64,000 bases of DNA from Vicugna vicugna. Taxonomy: Eukaryota. The stretch covers positions 6,910,522 through 6,974,521 of the forward strand of contig MU058781.1 of the NCBI GenBank assembly GCA_013265495.1, in the 5' to 3' direction. A program made the translations under genes and the position numbers. The notes beneath the pieces are model-generated. The model had not been told where the DNA came from, did not search any database, and was given only the letters and a program-made list of their open reading frames with translations. This document shows positions 12,530 to 26,119 of this stretch, piece by piece (position 1 is the first letter of the stretch; each line of letters starts with the position of its first letter).

Positions 12530-13170
12530 ATTTTCCCTCCAGTCTGCCCTCGCCCCTCTCCTTTCAGAGGAAACCAGTGATCAATCTGCTGTGTATCCCA
12601 GACACAGCAAAATTAACTCATTAAAAATGAGCTTATACACCAATGTATAAATGTATCAATGCAATATAGTTTTCTGTATATTTAAAACACCTGACAATAC
12701 TTGGAAGGTTTTCCATGTTCTTTTGAACTGCTACATAGTATTCCCCAAATATGGATGTACTGGTTTATGGCCATTTAGGTTGTTTCTGATTTTTCAATAT
12801 TATAGACATGTTGAACATTACTGAAATCATTTTGTGCAGATGTGACTATGTCTTTAGGACAGAGACCTAGAAACGGAATTGCTAGGTTAAAAGGTATCTG
12901 CAATTTAAATTTTAACATACTACCTAATTATTCTCCAAAGTTACAACTTAAAGGATGAAAGTACACTTCCCTATATACCCTTGCCAACCTTGAAAACTGC
13001 CAATCTTTGTAAAGATTTTGTTAAAGCTAATAAGCAAAGTATTTCCTTTCAGTTTTCTATCTTCCTTATTAGTAGGGAAGGTTAAATATTTTCATGTTTA
13101 CGGGTCATTTCTATTTCTTTTCTGTGAAATGCCTTTCCGTGGCCATTGTCCACTGTCCTATGTAAGAGAA
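12530..13170 (-). mobile_element. Ancient L1 (L1ME-like) fragment
   Basis: tagtattcc..., catttaggttgtttctgattttt..., cctagaaacggaattgctagg motifs; ends approximate. Confidence 0.6.
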
Positions 13171-13639
13171 TCACCTTTTCTTAATTGGCAGCCCCTCCCT
13201 GCCCCCCTTCTTGAAAGTCCTAACCCAGCTTTTATAGCACTCCTCTCTCTGGCCTTCCTTCTACTACTGACTCTACAATGTCTTGTGTTTTGTAGAAATT
13301 ACTTCTCAACTCTTTGATGTTAATGGTCTCCAGGACTCTGCCCTCTGCTTTCCTCCCCCTTTCTCTTCTTCCCTGGGACACCTCATCTGTACTTTTGGTT
13401 TTAGCTCCCAACAATGTCCTAGTCTAGGTGTCTTTGGAGATTACAACGTTCACAATTTCTCCCACGTTTCAAGTACCCCATCTTAAAATGTCTAGAACAA
13501 AACCCACCTTTTCTTCAAAAAGTACATCTTTTGTTTTATTCCCTATTATGATTAATACACCCAAACCCTGACACCCACAGAAGCAACCTGTTATCAGGCT
13601 CTCTCGAGTTCAGACCTGCATTACTGCAACCCTCTAACT

Positions 13640-14242
13640 TCGACTGTGACGTAAACTGGGCTTCCCTCGCCTCTCGTCTCATTCTTCACCAGTCTGTCCT
13701 CCTTCATATGCTTAGGATGCCTCTTAAAAAATAAAAATTTGATGGTGTTATGCCCTTGCCTAATAGCTCTCAACAGCCTAACCAGCCCTCCAAGTCCCCA
13801 CTAGCTGCAGGGAGAAAATCAAACCTCTGTAACAAGGTGTATATAAAATCGGCAAAACTCTTTAGTATTCTCTCTTAACCTCTGTGGAGAATTCCTTCCA
13901 ACTCTAGTCTTCAGCCAAATTAAACTAGTAACTATTCCTCAGAGTCAGTATTTGTCACATTTGATGTGAATGTGTCAATGTTCCACAATTGTATGAATGC
14001 TGAAGCTCTAAGTCCCTTCCAAGATGCCTTTTCAGGTTCCTCCAAGTCCTAAGGAGATGCTTCTTGTCCTTTGGTGGGGTGGCACCTTCTACCCTTCTCA
14101 CAGCACACACACCCTGTACTCTAGTGACCAGACTGCAAGGCCTCCAAAGCCAAGCCATGGCCTCTCCAACTCTACCTCTAATGTCTATCACAGTGCCTGA
14201 TATGCAGGAGAGGCTTAGTAAATGCTGAATGAATAAATAAAT
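13640..14242 (+). mobile_element. L2 LINE 3' fragment
   Basis: Ends in cacagtgcctgatatgcaggagaggcttagtaaatgctgaatgaataaataa, the typical L2 tail. Confidence 0.65.
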
Positions 14243-14815
14243 CAATAGTCAATGTCTTTAAAAAGAAAGAGTATTTCACCTTTGGTACATTTCAATTTTT
14301 AATTCCATTTTTCTATAAGAAACTGGAATCTAAAATCTTCCAATTTTGATCTAGAGTATGGAAACTCTATGGAATCATGCAAACTAGATCATTTCCTGAG
14401 AAGTAACAGAAGAGCTCCACAGAACTTGATCTAAGAACCTAATCTGTAACATCTCATTTATCACAGTAACGCTGAAAATAAGGTGGTTCATCAGATTCTG
14501 CTTTTTTAAACTAACATAATCTAGGGATGCATCAATAAAAACAGCTTCTGTAACAGCAAAAGAGCATTTCCTACACACTTTGGAATGTATCACTTTAACA
14601 TTAGTCACTGCACATGTTCCAGTGTTGTTTATGAAATGACTCCAATAGGGCAGAAGCTTTGACTATTTTATTGAATGCGGTATCCCAGTACCTGTAAGAA
14701 GACCTGACATGTAGTTCAATGAATGAACGCACATAAGATATCTAGCTTTCAACTGAGGAATGGGTGAAAGAATTTTTCAAATAAAAGCAAAATGATCTCA
14801 GCGTTTGTCAATTAC

Positions 14816-14964
14816 CTCTTTGCAAATCTGCTTCATGGTGACCTCCTCCAAGTTAGCACTGGCCAATAACTTCTTCACTGTTTCCTTCAACTCTTCATCT
14901 GTAGGAGGTTTCTTCAATTTTTTAATTAAAGGTTCATCATCTGAACTATCCTCAGATTCACTTT
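14816..14964 (-). CDS. DEK: DEK exon 9
   Basis: 149 nt (E)SESEDSSDDEPLIKKLKKPPTDEELKETVKKLLASANLEEVTMKQICKE; ttttag / gtaatt flanks. Confidence 0.96.
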
Positions 14965-15292
14965 CTAAAAGAAAGATATTTTATTACATGGGAATAAGTT
15001 TTTCTTAAACAGCAAAGTAAATTAATATTGAAGACATATTAGGAAGAATTCTATACGCATTCATCAGATTCTCAGAGGCGAATTAGACTAAAAGTATAAA
15101 TCACCACTCTGTATTACCTATAAAACATGCAATGGAACTTCTGTCAATGTTGAAAAATTATAAAAAACTGGCATACTACCTCCTCCACCACAATGTTCTT
15201 CACAGCTGATCCATTCTCCACAACGCTTAAACACTATGTTGCAGCATATAAATCACATCGTTATAGTTGGAAACATGCCATTTCTAACATAC

Positions 15293-15428
15293 CTTTTTTG
15301 GAACTGTTTTGATTCTTCTTGGTGGTGCTACTATCTGCCTTCTTAACATTAGCACTTTTTACAGATTTTTTACTTTTAGAAGTGGCTTTCTGTTTCGGTT
15401 TTTCTCTTTTAGATGTCTTTTTTGGTGG
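15293..15428 (-). CDS. DEK: DEK exon 8
   Basis: 136 nt PPKKTSKREKPKQKATSKSKKSVKSANVKKADSSTTKKNQNSSKK; ccaacag / gtatgt flanks. Confidence 0.96.
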
Positions 15429-17324
15429 CTGTTGGAAAGAAAAGTATACACACCAATGAAAGATTAACTGCCATCCTTCTCATCCCTCAACAATATTAGA
15501 GAAAATTAATGTATCAATTTTTGAGATGACTAATACATTCAACGAACTTAATTTCATCCTAACACAAGACTAGTCATGTGAGGTCAATAATCAAACACTA
15601 AAAATAAAAGATGCCCACATCTATTTCACAGTATAGATAGAAAACTTTATATGCGTTACATCTTAATCTTGAAGAAAATATAGGTATTAATATTTTTGTT
15701 ATTTATTGTCAGTCTCTGCAACTAAAAGGTAAATTTCACAAGAACAAGGATTTTTGACCTTCTTGTGTTCACAGAGTCCTAAAACAGTGCGTGGTGCAAA
15801 GTAGCTGCTCAGTAACTATTTATAAATATACGAGGAAATAAAGGCTGAGAGGTTTCTTCCAGCCACATAATTTATATAATAAAGAAGTGAGATTAAAATA
15901 GGTAGTCTGACTCCAGAACTTGTTTTCTTAAACGCTAACTCACAGCTAACAAAATAAAAGCCAAGTATATACATATGAATAGATTAAAAAATTACAGTTC
16001 ATAGTTACTTTGTCTCAAGCAAGACCTATGAAATTAGTAAACATTAATTCTTCATTAAACATTCCCAAAGGTAAAAATATCCTATATAAGGCAAATGTCC
16101 CAAGATAATTAAAATCTCATCTTACATACCCAAAATACTGCAAATCACTTTTGACAGAATATTTCTCCAAATGTTTTATATTCCTAATTTCTGATTAGCA
16201 TCAAAATTCAATCTTTTTCTTTTTTTTAAAGGATATTGTGGAAAAAAATAAATAATAAATAAATAAAGGATATTGTGTGGAACTTAAAGAAAATTAAAGT
16301 ACCTGTTCTAGAGTCAGGTGGACTCAGGCTATTTCTAAGTGTAGTTCATTGGATTTCAGTGTTTGTCTTTCCTCTTGCTACACTGCCATCCACTGTACGT
16401 ATTTACACAAGTCTAGTATCACCCTGCATTACCTCAGTAATGGTCTGTTGGCCAGGAACTAACCTATCTAGTTCACCTACTACTAAAAAGTACATGTAAC
16501 AAGTGTCAAAGGGCCAACATGCTTCTACAAGTAAAGCCTCAAGTTTTAAAGTTTTCTTTAAAAGGAAGGCAGATACACAGAATAGATACATAGAATAAAA
16601 GCAATACGAGGCTCAATGACACCTGTGTTAACTAACCGAGACACATCACGCTTATTTCTTTACATTCTGGTAGACAGGACTGGACCCAAACATCCGAATC
16701 CCTATAATAACAAGTTACGTCATTTATACTGGATTTCACTTATCTTTAGTGAACAGTTATAAAGTTTTCTGTAACAAATGTAGATTGGAATTCAGTAAAG
16801 GATCTTTTGCCATCCTGGTAGTACTAGCACGGGCAGTGAAAACTAAGTAGTAAAATAACTACACTCTGTAGAAACTCCTACCTATGGGTTTTATCCTGAG
16901 CAAGGAGGCAATCAGATAACTGACTCATACGTGCTTTAGACTTGCAGGTGTTAAGAATCTCTTAAGCTGCCAAGACAATAAGAGATTAGGTATAGGAAGA
17001 AAAGGTAACTGTGGACCACAAGGCATCTCAATGGACAAATTTGGCAGTTAAGCCAAACGAGGTAATCTGGTATTCTGGAGGTATGAAGAGGCCCTGGGAG
17101 AGCTGAGAAGGCAAGTCAAACCACTCCCACTTAAATGTTACATGAACTTTCAAATTTTCATTACTTTCATTCCCCCTCCTCCACTTAGGAAAATCTCACT
17201 CATGACTCTAAACCCAACTTAGCAATCACCTCCTCCAAATCTTTCATAATATCACCAGTTCGACTAATCCACAGTCCCACAATATTTGGCATACAATTCA
17301 TCTATCCCTACTTTATAGGAGATA

Positions 17325-17480
17325 TTGTGAAGCAGTGAATAAGAACACAGGTTTTCAGAGCCAAACTTCCTGGTTCAAATCCTGACTCCACCAGTGACTA
17401 ATTTTGCATTCTCAGGCAAATCACTCATCCTTCCCTATGCCCGATTCTGCATCTGTAAAACGGAGGTAATAATACCAGAC
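17325..17480 (+). mobile_element. MIR SINE fragment
   Basis: ggttcaaatcctgactccacca...ggcaaatcactcatcc...catctgtaaaacggaggtaataata core. Confidence 0.7.
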
Positions 17481-17991
17481 AACTTTGTTAAATCTAACAC
17501 TTCCACACCTTATCTCAGATATTGGCGTACATTTCACAATCTACATTAAAATGATGCCTTATAGGCATTGCAGATTTGACAAACTATGACCATATCTGCA
17601 GAACTTTCGTGAGGGTCAAATGACCAAATACATGTAAGGCATCAAAGAAAACATTTAATATACTTACGTTTATTAAAGTGCAGGTATTTACACGTCTATT
17701 CTCCCACTATACTGTAAGTTTCTTAAGGGTATAGCTAACTATCTCTATAAGAGACACCTATTTTTACTTTAGGTCTATCTGTCCCTAGCAACTACAAGAG
17801 TGTCTGCCATAAAGCAGCCACTTAAAGATTTCCTGCCCCATTCATCTCTGTATCACTTGCAGAACCTGATTTACCTGTACTCTGAAACCAGGACGTGGTT
17901 AAAATGTAATTAAAAGGAAAAAGAAAAAGGTATCTGTGCAGCACTGCTTTCATATACATGATCTCATATGAGGGAAAAACCAAAACAAAGC

Positions 17992-18016
17992 AAAAAAAAA
18001 AAAAAAAAAAAAAAAA
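17992..18016. repeat. Poly(A) run, A25
   Basis: Read directly. Confidence 0.95.
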
Positions 18017-19104
18017 GCAAAGACAGTTTATCTAATTATAAATGAAGAAAACGCATCTGTGTAGTTAAGACGGTGTCTTACAGATAGTTAAGCAGCAAGA
18101 CCTGAAGTACAGTGTGCCTCCCACTGCATGAGTTGCTTATAGAAATGACTTAAGTGTATCTACGGATTTCTTTAAGCCAGAGGTGAAACTACAGAAGTAA
18201 ACTAATGCTGTAAATCAGTGATACCATAACCTATTTATTATACTGTTAAATTTAACTTTTTCTATTACATACAAATATTACCAATAATAACAAAGGATAA
18301 AAAGTGCTGGCAGAAACACAGCAGCAACAAAGTAGACAAGCAAGCCCAGCGTCAGGGCTGTCTCTGGCCCCTACCTCCAAACTCTGTATGGGCTCCAGGA
18401 TCACTTCTCTAGAATTTTTTTTCAAAGCTAAGATTGGCCTTGGTGGAATCCAGTTTTGTTCTCCAACTCTTTCTTTCGCTCTCCTGTTCATTCTTTAAGG
18501 CTCAGATCAAATTGTTACCTCCTGTGAAGGTTCACTGACTGGATCTTTGCTCCCTACCTGCCCCTAGAAAGAGGTAAATACTCCATCTTGAGCTTCTATA
18601 TTATCTTGGCCAAACTGCTTTCTTAGGGCTTAAGGTACATCCTATGTTTTCCTTCTAATCTTTGACCTCTCCCCTCCTACCAACTAGATTAAACAGCTTA
18701 ACATAAAGACCCTGTCGTATTTGTTTCCTGATCTCCACTGCAGAGCTTAGAACTGGCACTTAGTTGCTATGTTAACTGGAAAATTGAGGTGGGAAAAGAT
18801 CCTTACAGACAAGATTATCTTTAAAGAGCTATTCTAACCCCAAGGTTTTATTTCATTAGAATCATTCTGCTTGCTAAGACAAATCTTTTTTTCTGTTAAT
18901 AGCGATTAGCCAAACTTCTTCATTTTTAATATCACTGTCTTCCGGCATCACTTATCTATATAACTCCATTTAAGAGGAAAAAAAAAAAGACTGTTAGATC
19001 AAATCATCAAGGGTGAGGCCTGAGGACCTACGCATAAAAAAGCCCCACAGCTGACTCACCTAGCTATAAAACCACGTCTCATGAGAGACAAATGTAGTCT
19101 AGAC

Positions 19105-19292
19105 CTGTCACCAAGCTTTTCCTATGAAGTGCCAGATAGTATTTTAGTCTTTGCTGGCTCATGTGGTCATTGTTGTACATTCTTCATCTTTGCTTTTAAC
19201 AAGTATTTTTAAAATGGAAAAACCACTCTTAGCTTTCAGGCTGTACAAAAACAGGCCATAGGCTGGATCTGACCATAGTACGCCAACTCCTG
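19105..19292. mobile_element. MER58B-like hAT MITE with 8-bp TSD
   Basis: gctgtacaaaaacaggcc...gccaactcctg; flanks gtctagac (19097-19104) and gtctagag (19293-19300). Confidence 0.7.
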
Positions 19293-21164
19293 GTCTAGAG
19301 TATGAATTACTGGAGATTCATAGGCAAAACACAGAACCAGATAAAGAAATCAATACGGTATTTTATGCCAACAGCTTTTAGTTTTAAATTTTTACAAGCA
19401 GAAGTGGATCTATGCCCATATTAACTTTCCTAAAGCTATTGCTTAATATCAGATTTGGACAGAGTTGTAGAGAAAAATAAACGAATTAGAAGCTCTGGAA
19501 AGCTGGATATGTATCATGTCCTCAAAGTTAAAAAAATGAGGATATATTGTCCTCTCTCATGGAGTCAAGACTAAATGAGATGCAAGATGTGAAAGTACTC
19601 CGCACGCAGTACATTCCTCCTTATATGTACCAATAAATGCTAATTGAATGAGTGTGATTTCTCCCAGGTAGATTGTCAGTTCCTGGAAGACAGAGGCCAT
19701 GTCTCTTTTTCCCCATGTAGCAAAATGCTCAGACAGAATAAGAATCATTCTGAAGGAACCGGAATGATGAATCTATCCCCAAAGGCTGTATTATTCACAC
19801 AACAATGCTCAACCACATGGGATGTTTTCTGTGGTCTGGCTTCAGTGTATGTCGCTCCAGCTTCACCTCCTACAGCTCTACTTCTGGACAAACTACGCAA
19901 CCACAAACAAGTGTGTTTGTCAAAGCACTTCCCTACTCCCCATTTTAGTTCACAAGTCCAATGTTCCTTTCTATTCCCAAGGTCAATTTCAATTGATACT
20001 TCCGTCTCTCTCCAAAGCCTTCCCTCATCAACAGAGACATTCTCTTCCTTTTGAAATTCTTTATTATTAAGTATCACTCAAATGGTATTCGGCCAGAAAA
20101 TATATTCTATAACCCTAACAGCACTTAGCACACTCCCGATTTATTGAACCAAGCAAATTGAAAAGTGATTACATTTTAAAAACCAAGTTTTAAATATTCT
20201 GAATATTTTAGTTAATTATAGCCAACACATTATGTAGCACTATAAAAGAAAAATGCCAGAAGTACTCATGATAGTTAGCACCTTTGTTAATTAAATAGGA
20301 GGCAAGACTTTTGAGTCTTTTAACAGAATGTATAGGAAAAAATTAGGTGTTACATGAAAAAAAGAAAGAAAAAGCTAGTTCCCAAACTTATTTCTAAGAT
20401 TCTGGCTTGCCATTTTTGAATATGCTGGGAGTGTTTCAGTCAGGACCATCCAGTATTGTAGGTATTTTACATGTGCTAAAGGGAAACAGGTAAAACTGAC
20501 CGCTGCCATCAATTTCAGACAGTACAATGCACTGTAATCTAAGTTTTTTTTTTTTACAATGTATTGAAATAATACAAATTTTTAAAAATCTGAAGCTTTT
20601 CCATGTGTCTGATAACCATGAAGGTATAGAATCAGGGAATGACACAAGTACTTTTTGAAGGAAGGCAAAAAAAATCTTGGGAGAAGGCTTACCTATCTTT
20701 TATAGGCAGCAGGGCTCTTGAAGGAGGGTCTCCAAAAAAGACGCCTGTCACAGAGCCAGAATCCTGTCCTCACAGCAGAAAGGTTGTACTGGGTGAACAG
20801 ATGAACAAAATAAGTATTAGCTTAAAATACACTATTCTTTTAACAACTTGGCTGAGAAAACTCAAGAGTGCCAAGAGTAAAGAATGTGCAAGCTTTGCTA
20901 TATGTCACAAAAGATTATGAACGTTTAAGTCTAAACAGATTTTATTATGGTAATTATTCAACTTTGCCTTCCAACAAAAGGTTTCAATAGTTGAAATAAT
21001 TCTGTAATTCCTCTCATCAAATTGGGATAGAGGAATTATTTTTTAGAATGTAATTAAGGACTAACAAAACTTTCATGTTCCCCCTCCCACCATGACCAAA
21101 TAGTTCCTCTTGTAACTGAAATTGTACCAAAATTGTAACTGAAAATTTCTGATTTGGTAAACAC

Positions 21165-21615
21165 TGTAGGATGGCTCCACTCGACAACCCATCTTTATTT
21201 GCCTTCCTCCTACAGAGGCAGGAAAGCTAACACCTGGGTTTCACCAACTTCCCTGGCAACTAGAGGTGGCTGAGTAACAAATTTCTGGCCAATGCAACAT
21301 ACTTGGGGATTTCCAGGGTGTAAAAAGCCAACACATCACTAGGAGAAAGCCCTTTGCTCATCTCTATCTGGAATAGGGATACAATGCCTAAAGGGAAAAC
21401 ATCCATCTTGACATCATGAGGTTAAATGTCACATGTAAAGGTGGTGGCTCAGGGAGAGAAGGCCCCCAAATTCTTGACACCTTTCTTGAGCTGCTGTACT
21501 GGTCCATAATTACCTGTCTGTGGACTTCTTGTCAAGAAAGAAAAAGGAACTCTTGTTTTGGACATTATTCGTGGGGTCTTTAAGTATTTAGAGCTGAAGG
21601 CATTCCTGATACATT
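21165..21615. mobile_element. Old MaLR LTR (MLT1H/J-like)
   Basis: ttccctggcaactagaggtggc...ttctggccaatg...ccatcttg...ctgtggacttcttg...gctgaaggcattcctgataca. Confidence 0.6.
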
Positions 21616-22839
21616 TGGAAACATTCAGATAAATTCAATGCTCACAAAGTAAAAAATCTAGTTTGTTTTATACTTTCCTAGAGATAAAGAGTACACTACA
21701 AAGACACTGGGATACAAAAACTGAAGAAGTATTAGTTAAGCAAGCTTTTAAGGGTCTAAAAGACGATTAGGATTGTTTTCTCCAATGTAGGGAGCACTAC
21801 TTCTCCCTTCTTTTCCTGTACTATCCAGTAATTTCTCTGTGCCTAAGGTCTAACACCGTGGTGAATGGCATGCCTGAGCATGGTTTAATCTCACTGGCTC
21901 ATTCTGGTAACCTTCCCCTAAAAATGTTAATCCAATGTGGGAATCAGTTGATTTCCAGAATAAATTTATAGAAAAATAATTAAACATCTATTCTCTCATT
22001 TTAAAGAAACTTCATCTATCATTTTTTTCCTGGTTCCAAACTGCTCTCCTTCTACTGTCCTAAGTAAGCACACGTCCAAGAGTCAAGACAATAAAGATGT
22101 TTAAAACAGGTATTTTATAAAGAAATTATTACCCAGGTTACTCTCAGAAAAACACCTTATTTGAATTAATTCCAAAAAAAAAAGACAACTTAAAAACTGT
22201 TATGAACCACTCACTGCATATCATGGAAACAGAGGTATAGGTACTAAAAACCTCAAACAAAATGTCTTAGCAATTGCTGGCTAACATGCTAAATGTGACA
22301 CACTTCTTACAAAAGACTTAAAATTAAGTATCCTATTCTTCCACATAGCTAACTATGAAAAATAGCAGGTGAGTAATTCAATATCACGTAACTGGCTAAT
22401 GAACAACTGTAACTTGAACTGGATTTCGGCTTAAGACTTCTGACTTCAGCACTATGATACAGATTTAGTCCAAACCCCTCAATTTACAAAGGAAACAAAA
22501 AACAGTTGTTATTTACTCCAGGAATCTAAAATAGACGAAGCTGATCTTACTGGGAGAAGTCTTGTCTATGAAGGAAAAATTCATTTCAGGAAATAAGTAA
22601 TATTAACCTAGTAATTTTCCACGAAAAAAATCAGCAGAAAAAAATTGTCTCTAAGTAATTCTCAACTTTTCTAATCAACCAGCAACTCTTCTGCCTGGCC
22701 TCTTAGAAAAGAGGTCCTTTCAGAATACTGACCAAAAAATACCTACCTTTATGAAGTCCCTAACAAGGCTACCACTTAACTGAGTCTTCAAAAAACAGAA
22801 TAAGGAAAAATAAAAGTTACCATAGAAATACTGTCCTTC

Positions 22840-24815
22840 TCTCCTAGCCATAACAATCAGTGAAAAAAAAGAAATAAAGGGAGTCCAAATCAGAAAAAAA
22901 GTAGAACTGTCACTGTGCATGGATGACATGATACTATACATAATGGAAAACCCTAAAGAAGATACCAGAAATTCCTAAAGCTCATCAATACATCTGGTAA
23001 AGTTGCAGGATACAAAATTAATATACAAAAATCAGTTGCATTTCTACACACTGACAATGAAATAGCAGAAAAAGAAATTAAGGAAACAATACCATTTATC
23101 ACCATTCCAAAAAGAATAAAATACCTAGGAATAAACCTACCCTAGGAGGCAAAGGAACTGTAATCTGAAAACTTTAAAGTTTTCATTGATGAAAGAAACT
23201 GAATACAACATAAACAGATGGAAAGATATACCATGTTCTTGGATTGGAAGAATCTACATTGTTAAAGTGGCCATACTACCCAAGGCAGTATACAGATTCA
23301 ATATAATCTCTATCAAACTACCAGTGACATTTTTCAGAGCTGGAACAAAAAAATGTTAAAATTTGTATGGAAACACAAAAGACCCCGAATAGCCAAAATC
23401 ATCTTGCAAAAGAACGGAGCTGGGGGAATCATGCTCCCTGACTTCAGACTATACTACAAAGCTATAGTTATCAAAATAGTATGCATGGTACCAGCAAAAA
23501 AGCAGACATACAGCTCAACGGAACAGGATAGAAAGTCCAGAAATAAACCAAGGCACTTAAGGTCAATTAATCTACAACAAAGGAGGCAAGAATATACAAT
23601 AGAGAAAAAAGAGTCTTTTCAACAAGTGGTGCTAGGAAAATTGGACAGCTATCTGTAAAAGACTGAAATTAGAACATTCTCTAACACACTATACAAAAAT
23701 AAACTCAAAATGGATTAAAGACATAAATGTAAGACCAGGTACCATAAAGCTCCCAGAAGAAAACATAGGCAGAACATTCTTGGACATAAATCACAGTAAT
23801 ACATTTTTTGAACCAGCTCCTAGAGTAATGAAAATAAAAGCAAAAATAAACAAATGTGATCTAATTAAACTTAAAAGTTTTTAGGATACCATCAACAAAA
23901 CGAAAAACAAAACCTACAGAATGGGAGACAATATTCGCAAATGATGTGACTGACAAGGGACTAATTTCCAAAATATACAAATAGCTCATAAAACTTACTA
24001 TCAAAAAAACAAGCTACCCAATCAAAAAATGAGCAGAGGACCTAAACAGACATTTCTCCAAAGACATCCAGATGGCAAACAAGCACATGAAAAGATGCTC
24101 AACATTACTGTTAAAGAAATGCAAATATAAACTACAGTGAGGTATCACCTCACACCTGTCAGAATGGCCATTATTAAAAAGTCCACAAGCAATAAATGCT
24201 GGAGAGGGTGTGGAGGAAAAGGAACCTTCCTACACTGCTGGTGGGAATGTAAATTGGTACAGCCACTGTGGAGGACAGTATGGAGATTCCTTAAAAAACT
24301 AAGAACAGACTTACCATACAAACCAGCAATCCCACTCCTGGGCATATATCTGGAGGAAAATATAATTCGAAAAGACACATGTACCCCAGTGTTCACAGCA
24401 GCACTATATACAATAGCCAAGACAAGGAAACAACCCAAATGTCAATCAACAGATGACTGGATAAAGGAGATGTATTACACACACACACACACACAGAAGA
24501 AAAATACCATATACTGATTTTATGTGGACTCTAAAAAAAGGACCCAAATGAAATTATCTATAAAACAGAACCAGACCCACAGACAGAGAGCAAACGTATG
24601 GTTACCAGAGAGTAAAGAGGGTGGGAAGGGATAAACTGGGAATTCAAAATTTGGACTCCTTGGGGAAGTGATGGAAACGTTAGCTATCTTGATTGTGGTG
24701 GTGGTTTCATTGGTGTATACATCTATCAAAGTTTATCAAACTGTACACCTGAAATAAGTGTAGTTTACTGCCCAGGAATCATACCATAATAAAGGTGTTA
24801 AAAAAAAAAACAAAA
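22840..24815 (+). mobile_element. 5'-truncated LINE-1 (ORF2 RT/C-terminal remnant, 3' UTR, poly-A), antisense to DEK
   Basis: Frameshifted ORF2 peptides ([26 protein letters not shown]...CWRGC...[13 protein letters not shown]); A-tail; degenerate TSD aaatactgtccttc (22826-22839) / aaacaccgtccttc (24816-24829). Confidence 0.93.
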
Positions 24816-25439
24816 AAACACCGTCCTTCCTGCTAGCACTTACCTTTCAAAGGCAATCAAAGCCTTTCATAGTAATCGAATCAACAATAAAGCTTTTGAG
24901 GATAGCCCTATATTTGAAAGTCTTTAGAGAAATAAAGAATATCTTTGTTTGTTAGAGGGTGACGTATCAGGAAAAAAGAAAGATTTCTCAGTCCAGATTT
25001 TATTGGCATTACATTTTATGAAGTCTGTCAATACCATCCCAAGCAGAAAAACCAAAACAGAAAATAGAGCATTATGAAATAGCTTTTATATTGTGTGATT
25101 TGATATACTTAATGCCTATAAAAGCATTTTTGTGTTTTTCCTCCATGGATTTTCATCATTTGACCTGGGTTTCTAGCAAAAGATCCTCATTTACAGTACT
25201 GTAGAAAGGCGTTGATTTGCAGGGGGTCAACTTCACTTGTCAAAAAATTAATACGGTTATAAATCAGGGGTCACCTATAATCACAGACACCAACTAACTC
25301 TATTTGAAACAATGGGACAATAATCTGGAAGCAAAAAAGAAATGAATATAAAATATCCTGACTTTAACCTGCACCTTAGTAATAACAGGAAGACTGGATT
25401 TAGAAATCTTACATATGATAAAACATGCTAATATTAAAA

Positions 25440-25670
25440 GTAACAGCAGCAGCTAATACTTACATAGTACTTGTGCCAAGCACTGCTCCAAGTGCTTTAA
25501 ATAAAGTCACTTAATAAATACTTTGAGGGCCGGTACTATCATTATCCCCATCTTACAGATGGGAAACTGAGGTACAGAGTTTATAAGCAACTTGTCCAAA
25601 GTCATACAGGGATAATAAGTATACAGCTGGATTTGAACTCAGTCTCCAAAGGCCATTCTCATAATTACCT
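25440..25670 (-). mobile_element. MIR SINE
   Basis: attatccccatcttacagatgggaaactgaggtacagag...aacttgtccaaagtcatacag core. Confidence 0.8.
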
Positions 25671-26119
25671 CTATGAAAAAATTAGATGCTTATAACAACT
25701 TTCCATACTTTAAATCAGCCTTTAAAATGGCTTTGGGAAGCATAGGGAATAAACATAGGAGATAACCAAAAATTTGTTCAATGAGGAAATCTATTACTGC
25801 AAAATTGCTACTATTATATATTCACATATAAACAAACATGTTCGCTTCCTACATATCCTTAAAATCTATTCCATAAAAACCTTAGTGCTCAGATTACTCA
25901 TCTTCCTTCACACCAAAAATATATTAAGATACTATTTAGGAAACATTTGCTAGATCTATAATATCCTTTTTTAAATTATGAAGCATTTCATACTTATTGT
26001 AGGAGTCTGTAAAACTTGACATTAAAACAAGTGTGGATTTTAAATACCTAAAGACAAATATACACAAAATGCACACACATATAAAATCAGGGTTCACCAT
26101 ATCTTTATTTTCTTTAATC

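Noticed and set aside
21110..21147. Short 11-bp repeat (ttgtaactgaa-like x3) as a CRISPR-like or regulatory array
   Set aside because: Eukaryotic intron, no spacers, only three degenerate units.
23353..24517. 101-aa and 126-aa ORFs as a possible nested gene
   Set aside because: Frameshifted fragments of L1 ORF2.
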